A DNA stretch of 23,427 nucleotides from Candidatus Micrarchaeia archaeon. Its GTDB lineage: Archaea > Micrarchaeota > Micrarchaeia > Micrarchaeales > Micrarchaeaceae. The position numbers and the translations under genes are program-made. The notes under the pieces are model-generated. The model was given only the letters and a program-made list of their open reading frames with translations. It searched no databases and had not been told where the DNA came from. This document shows positions 19,519-23,427 of this stretch, piece after piece. Each line of letters opens with the position of its first letter. Positions within the stretch are counted from its first letter, which is position 1. Location: NCBI GenBank assembly GCA_049964795.1, contig JBMFWY010000013.1, positions 1-23,427 on the forward strand, in the 5' to 3' direction.

Positions 19519-19968
19519 TTGGCTAAAGCTATAAGCAAGCACAAGAGAGGGAAGAAAATGGAGGGTGGGGCAAGCGGCCCAATGTTTGCGAAGCGCACGC
19601 TTCCCTTTTTATTCACCATAGTCGGAGCAGTGGTAATACTTGTAGCAGGAGTCGCTACCATGGCCTATACTATTACGGCAGGCAAGTTAATAGCGGCATA
19701 TTTCGTAAACAAATATAATATAGACCTGCCGTTTCAGATGATATATAGGGCAGTACTTGTCTCAGGCGCCATAGGTACACTATCGGGCCTTGTGCTCCTC
19801 GGCGTTGGCGTTACAATTAACACGCACAAGCGCGGCAAGATCGTTGCAAGTGGCATGGTAGGGCTTGCCTTTTCACTGCTTAGCCTACTAAACGGCGGCG
19901 GCTTTTATCTCGGATTCATACTAGCTTTCATGGGCTCGCTTTTGGCCATAATATACAACAAGACTTGA
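19519..19968 (+). CDS. Small 4-TM membrane protein (DUF6114-like C-terminal GGGFxxGxIL motif)
   Basis: Hydrophobic segments ending FSLLSLLNGGGFYLGFILAFMGSLLAI. GAGTGA SD before TTG. Family assignment is from recall only. Confidence 0.7.
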   Translation: MAKAISKHKRGKKMEGGASGPMFAKRTLPFLFTIVGAVVILVAGVATMAYTITAGKLIAAYFVNKYNIDLPFQMIYRAVLVSGAIGTLSGLVLLGVGVTINTHKRGKIVASGMVGLAFSLLSLLNGGGFYLGFILAFMGSLLAIIYNKT

Positions 19969-20018
19969 ATTCAAAAAATAGGAGCCTAATAAAGCCCGAG
20001 ACGCAAGCGGTTGTAGTG

Positions 20019-20141
20019 CTACCATACAAAGCCTTTGTCGCTGCAATCCATCTCCGCGCCGCAGTTGGGGCAGCGCAAGTGGCAGGCTTGCATTCTTGCC
20101 ATTTCTGAGCCGCACACTAAGCAGCGAAAAACTTCTCTCAT
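20019..20141 (-). CDS. 40-aa CPxCG-type zinc-finger microprotein (below the ORF-track cutoff)
   Basis: Manual translation: MREVFRCLVCGSEMARMQACHLRCPNCGAEMDCSDKGFVW*. Two CxxCG knuckles plus CH and DCSD; AT-rich promoter-like region at about 20165-20200. Confidence 0.8.
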   Translation of the reverse strand: MREVFRCLVCGSEMARMQACHLRCPNCGAEMDCSDKGFVW

Positions 20142-20227
20142 AAGCGCGCCGATTTTTTTCAGGCAAAATAAAATTTTTATTTTATGCTAGGTAATAAAAA
20201 TACTCGTGGTAAACAATTAGCATGCTC

Positions 20228-20908
20228 TTACTTCTCCATTGTTTGCTCTATCTCCTTTATCGTTTCCTCATCTTTGGAGTCTAAGTAGGGTGTCAGGTCC
20301 AAATCCTTTGGGCTTTTCTCCAATTTTGAGGAAGAGACTTCGTGCAAATTCTTTTCCACTTCTTTGGAATAGAGCTCCCAGTCTATGCCAAGCGATTCGA
20401 CGTATTCGCGTTCTATCTTCGTAGCAAGCATATGCGCATACTGATAGGTATAGCCCTCTCCTATCATCCACTTTTCTGGGAGCTCGTGATGCTTGGCTAT
20501 GCTCTCAACCGTGCTTATCTCTTTTCCGTTTATTACCAGGCTTTTCGGGAAACGGCTGTCCAGGTAGATGGTTTTGCCGTCTTTTGAATAGCCTCCTATG
20601 TATTTTATGCTGTGCGAGAGATCTATGTTTATCTGCGAGGAATCTTTTCTTTCTATGACCTTGCCTATCTCCTTTTCTTCAAAGAAAACGGTGTCGCCGT
20701 CTATCTTTACTTTATTGTCGAATTTTAACCCTTGGCTTGATTCGAATTTTACATATTTCGGGCCCGCAAAAGCTACTGCAACTGCAATGAAAGAGGTTGG
20801 CGGCGAAGGCGACACCGAAGGATTGTCTTGCGCTACATTGCTTTCATCGCCTGGGGCAGGGTCTATTTTGTTTTCGACTACCTTCAACACTTCAAATTCC
20901 TCCCACAT
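20228..20908 (-). CDS. Hypothetical protein with an HExxE...H putative metal-binding domain
   Basis: YIGGYSKDGKTIYLD...HHELPEKWMI...YQYAHMLATKIERE...PKDLDLTPY. GAAGTGTGA SD-like site upstream of the ATG. Confidence 0.75.
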   Translation of the reverse strand: MWEEFEVLKVVENKIDPAPGDESNVAQDNPSVSPSPPTSFIAVAVAFAGPKYVKFESSQGLKFDNKVKIDGDTVFFEEKEIGKVIERKDSSQINIDLSHSIKYIGGYSKDGKTIYLDSRFPKSLVINGKEISTVESIAKHHELPEKWMIGEGYTYQYAHMLATKIEREYVESLGIDWELYSKEVEKNLHEVSSSKLEKSPKDLDLTPYLDSKDEETIKEIEQTMEK

Positions 20909-21088
20909 TCTTCACACTTCTTCTATGGCCTGTTACTATTATCCGCCAACAGTATAAAATATTTTAGTGCTTGACGTTTACGATGGCGTTACAAAGTTTT
21001 ATCCGAATATCCTGCTTAGCTTTACGTTACTTTAACATATAAGAAAGCTTAAAAATCCTGTTTAATAAAAGACATTAAGTGTGATTGC

Positions 21089-21535
21089 ATGGATTCTAAT
21101 ACTCCAATAGGGCAGGAGATGAGTGGCGGAAGCAGGTCAGAACCTTTCACGAGCGATCTAACAACGAGCGACTTTTGGCTTCTGATGGATAGGGGTTATC
21201 AGCCGATTGCGCTGGTACTGGGCAACTCTGTTTACAGCATGGGTTTTGTTGGGGGTATAGCGAGCGGGATCAAGGGATTGCAAAAAGGCGAGATTCCCCA
21301 GATAACCGAGCTTATGTACAACGCAAGAGAGATGGCGCTTGGCAGGATGAAAGAAGAAGCTGCGAAGCTCGGAGCTGATGGCATAATAGGTGTAAAGCTT
21401 AAGATAGAGTATATGGCTGGCAATTGGATGGAAGTTACTGCTATAGGCACCGCGATAAAGTATACGGGCAAGACTCCAAAATCTAACGGAGGCGCAGCCG
21501 TAGTTCTACCAGTAAGAAGCGTCAACCCTGTGTAA
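21089..21535 (+). CDS. YbjQ/UPF0145-like (putative heavy-metal-binding) domain protein
   Basis: PFTSDL...GYQPIALVLGNSVY...YNAREMALGRMKEEAAKLGADGIIGVKL...EVTAIGTAIK. Promoter-like AAAGCTTAAAAA at about 21044-21055. Confidence 0.88.
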   Translation: MDSNTPIGQEMSGGSRSEPFTSDLTTSDFWLLMDRGYQPIALVLGNSVYSMGFVGGIASGIKGLQKGEIPQITELMYNAREMALGRMKEEAAKLGADGIIGVKLKIEYMAGNWMEVTAIGTAIKYTGKTPKSNGGAAVVLPVRSVNPV

Positions 21536-21550
21536 ATAAGGGGTAAGGCA

Positions 21551-22348
21551 ATGCCTGTAAAAGCGAAAGAGGCAAAGGATATAAAATTTGCAGCCACCCC
21601 TAAAAAATATAATTTTGAAAATGACACAGTATATACTTCCTATGAGGGGCTTAGCGCAAGAAAGGCCTTGGGCTTGATAAAACCCCAATATATCTTGCCG
21701 ATGGTCGCGGCTGAAGTGCCCGAAGCGGCAATCCTCTCTTTTCTGTTCTATTATTTTGCAGTAGTATTGCCAAAAATAGGCGCAGGCGTTGTGCTGCCTG
21801 CCTTTGTAAGTTTGCTACTTTTTTACATCCTTGATGTGATATTCGGAGGCATTGTAGGATTTTCCAAAACCTTCCCGATAAGAAAAAATGGAAGCGCATC
21901 AATGTCAAAAATGATGGCTATGTCATTCTCAAGCTTCAGCGCATTCACATACATGCTGGCAGCTTTGGCGCTCTTTTGCCTCAAGATTTCAAATTACATT
22001 TTCTTTTATATAATTGGCGCGATAGCAATCGTGTCCTATTTAGTAACAATTCGGTTCGGGCTTGCGCCTCTTCTAATCGTGGCAAGAAGCGAAAGGACCA
22101 GGAGCCAGGCATTGGAGCTCAGCACGCAGTATTTCGGCGGCAGCTTTGGCGCGATGCTAGAGCTAAGCCTTCTTGCGATATTGGTGCCTGCAATTGCCAT
22201 TGCGTTTGTCGTTATAAGCGGGTCTATGCTATCTCTAGCCGTCCTTTTTGCCTCGATTTTGGTGTTTGGGGCTTTTTGGCAGCTTGAACTTAATTCAGCT
22301 TTTGCTCAATTTGAAAAAATAAAGAAAATAAGCTATAAAATAAATTGA
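21551..22348 (+). CDS. Hypothetical multi-pass membrane protein (about 6 TM)
   Basis: Long hydrophobic stretches with the loop RFGLAPLLIVARSERTRSQALELS. Starts 15 nt after the YbjQ-like gene with a GGGGT SD. Confidence 0.75.
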   Translation: MPVKAKEAKDIKFAATPKKYNFENDTVYTSYEGLSARKALGLIKPQYILPMVAAEVPEAAILSFLFYYFAVVLPKIGAGVVLPAFVSLLLFYILDVIFGGIVGFSKTFPIRKNGSASMSKMMAMSFSSFSAFTYMLAALALFCLKISNYIFFYIIGAIAIVSYLVTIRFGLAPLLIVARSERTRSQALELSTQYFGGSFGAMLELSLLAILVPAIAIAFVVISGSMLSLAVLFASILVFGAFWQLELNSAFAQFEKIKKISYKIN

Positions 22349-22353
22349 TTGCC

Positions 22354-23196
22354 ATGCGAATGGAAGCACTTGCAATGCCTATTTTGCTCTTGGCCATGCT
22401 CGCCGTTGGGCTTGCCGGAGCAGCTAATGGCCCAATTCAATCCTGCGCCAATTTAAGCCTTAACTTTGGAAACGCCTTCGGTTCTACAAAAAACGCTACA
22501 TGCTATTGGAGTGGCGGAAACCTTTCTATCTACGTTGCCACCGGCGATCCTGGATGGTTGGGAATAAATATAGTGGGTCAGAACGGCACCACATATTTGA
22601 ACACATCAACGACGAACTGGTGCCTCTTCAAACTTGCAACAATTTACATGCCGAGTCAGAATTATACTGTTACTGCAATGGATGGCAACGGAGGAGGAGC
22701 ATGCCCTACTATACAAAATGCGATTGTGAAATTCGCTATAGCGAACAATTCAAGCGCTTCCAACATCACTACAAGCGTGCCTGGTGCAGCATTTCCATCA
22801 GGTTCTAGTTCGCAGCCCTCAAGCACAACAATACCGGCGCCCGCCTTTCCAGCCAATGCGAGCAGATCCGGCTCGGTTACAACCAGCACAGGCAAAAGCT
22901 CCGGAGGCTCGAATTACGCTAGCCTCTATCTATTCATCATCATATTCTCATACGTAGCGGCCCTCTATCTTAAAGTTAAAAAAAGGACTCTGATGAGGAA
23001 TAGGCGCTCAACGATCGTTAGTGATTCCCAGACAGGAAGCTTCCAGATGTCCGGCTCGCCGGGCGGAAGCGCTGCTACAGCAGGATACGCACAAGCCAGA
23101 GGCTTAAATAGAGCAAATTTGAGAGGAAATGGCATGGTAGTAAGGACTGTAATCTATACTGGCGGAAGTGTGCAAGACTCTTTTGACGGAATGTAA
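22354..23196 (+). CDS. Putative secreted, C-terminally membrane-anchored surface glycoprotein
   Basis: Signal peptide (ILLLAMLAVGLAGA), about 105-aa domain with 4 Cys, 10 N-x-S/T sequons, S/T/P/G-rich linker, TM LYLFIIIFSYVAALYL followed by KVKKR, and a ~70-aa tail. Confidence 0.8.
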   Translation: MRMEALAMPILLLAMLAVGLAGAANGPIQSCANLSLNFGNAFGSTKNATCYWSGGNLSIYVATGDPGWLGINIVGQNGTTYLNTSTTNWCLFKLATIYMPSQNYTVTAMDGNGGGACPTIQNAIVKFAIANNSSASNITTSVPGAAFPSGSSSQPSSTTIPAPAFPANASRSGSVTTSTGKSSGGSNYASLYLFIIIFSYVAALYLKVKKRTLMRNRRSTIVSDSQTGSFQMSGSPGGSAATAGYAQARGLNRANLRGNGMVVRTVIYTGGSVQDSFDGM

Positions 23197-23256
23197 AAAG
23201 CGAATCTAAGCGCTATGCTTTATTGTGCCAATGACCAAAACAGGATTTACACGGCA

Positions 23257-23281
23257 CAAAGGTATAAATATATATATAAAA
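23257..23281 (+). promoter_or_regulatory. BRE/TATA region with a (TA)n tract upstream of the RHH gene
   Basis: CAAAGG-TATAAATATATATATAAA, 25-45 nt upstream of ATG 23307. Confidence 0.55.
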
Positions 23282-23306
23282 GGAAAAAAATTGTGCAGGT
23301 GTTGCA

Positions 23307-23427
23307 ATGGTAAAAAAGGTAAAAATTAAGATTACCGTCTCGTTGCGTGAAGATGTTTATGATGCAGCCAGAGATGCGGCAACAGCTAAAAATGAGAGCC
23401 TATCAAGTATCATAGAAAAATTGCTTA
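23307..23427 (+). CDS. Ribbon-helix-helix (CopG-like) protein, possible antitoxin; 3' end runs off the window
   Basis: Not in the ORF track. Translation MVKKVKIKITVSLREDVYDAARDAATAKNESLSSIIEKLL shows an alternating beta strand, helix, turn and SLSSIIE second helix. AGGTG SD at 23297-23301. Confidence 0.75.
   Translation, partial: MVKKVKIKITVSLREDVYDAARDAATAKNESLSSIIEKLL

Noticed and set aside
19921-20166. 81-aa minus-strand ORF in the track
   Set aside because: Wrong frame; the Cys-patterned 40-aa ORF at 20019-20141 is the credible gene.

Overview
Archaeal chromosomal segment with no rRNA, tRNA, CRISPR array or transposase visible. S6e, aIF2-gamma, Alba, a VAT/Cdc48 ATPase, TATA/BRE promoters and GGTG(A)-type SD sites identify it as archaeal. 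The divergence of these proteins suggests a DPANN lineage such as Micrarchaeota, but that is an untested inference. Gene order: partial GT4 glycosyltransferase (not in the ORF track) divergent from a Thr-nucleophile sulfatase-like enzyme; MFS and EamA transporters; bacterial-type cold-shock protein; three small or unknown proteins; 2-oxoacid:ferredoxin oxidoreductase beta/alpha; DtxR/MntR regulator with a NiCoT/UreH-like membrane protein; a very large, divergent HMG-CoA-synthase-like enzyme; cdc48-rps6e-eif2g-CBS; alba. An accessory tail follows: degenerate ferritin-like protein, membrane protein, an unlisted 40-aa Cys-rich zinc-finger microprotein, an HExxE...H putative metalloprotein, a YbjQ-like/membrane/surface-glycoprotein trio and a partial RHH protein. 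Best leads: (1) a probable self-contained metal-uptake regulon with tandem TTAG-N7-CTAA operators next to the TATA box and a regulator with altered ligands; (2) the 653-aa HMGS-like enzyme with a large helical insertion and altered motifs; (3) the uncharacterised metal-binding cluster at 18.4-23.2 kb.
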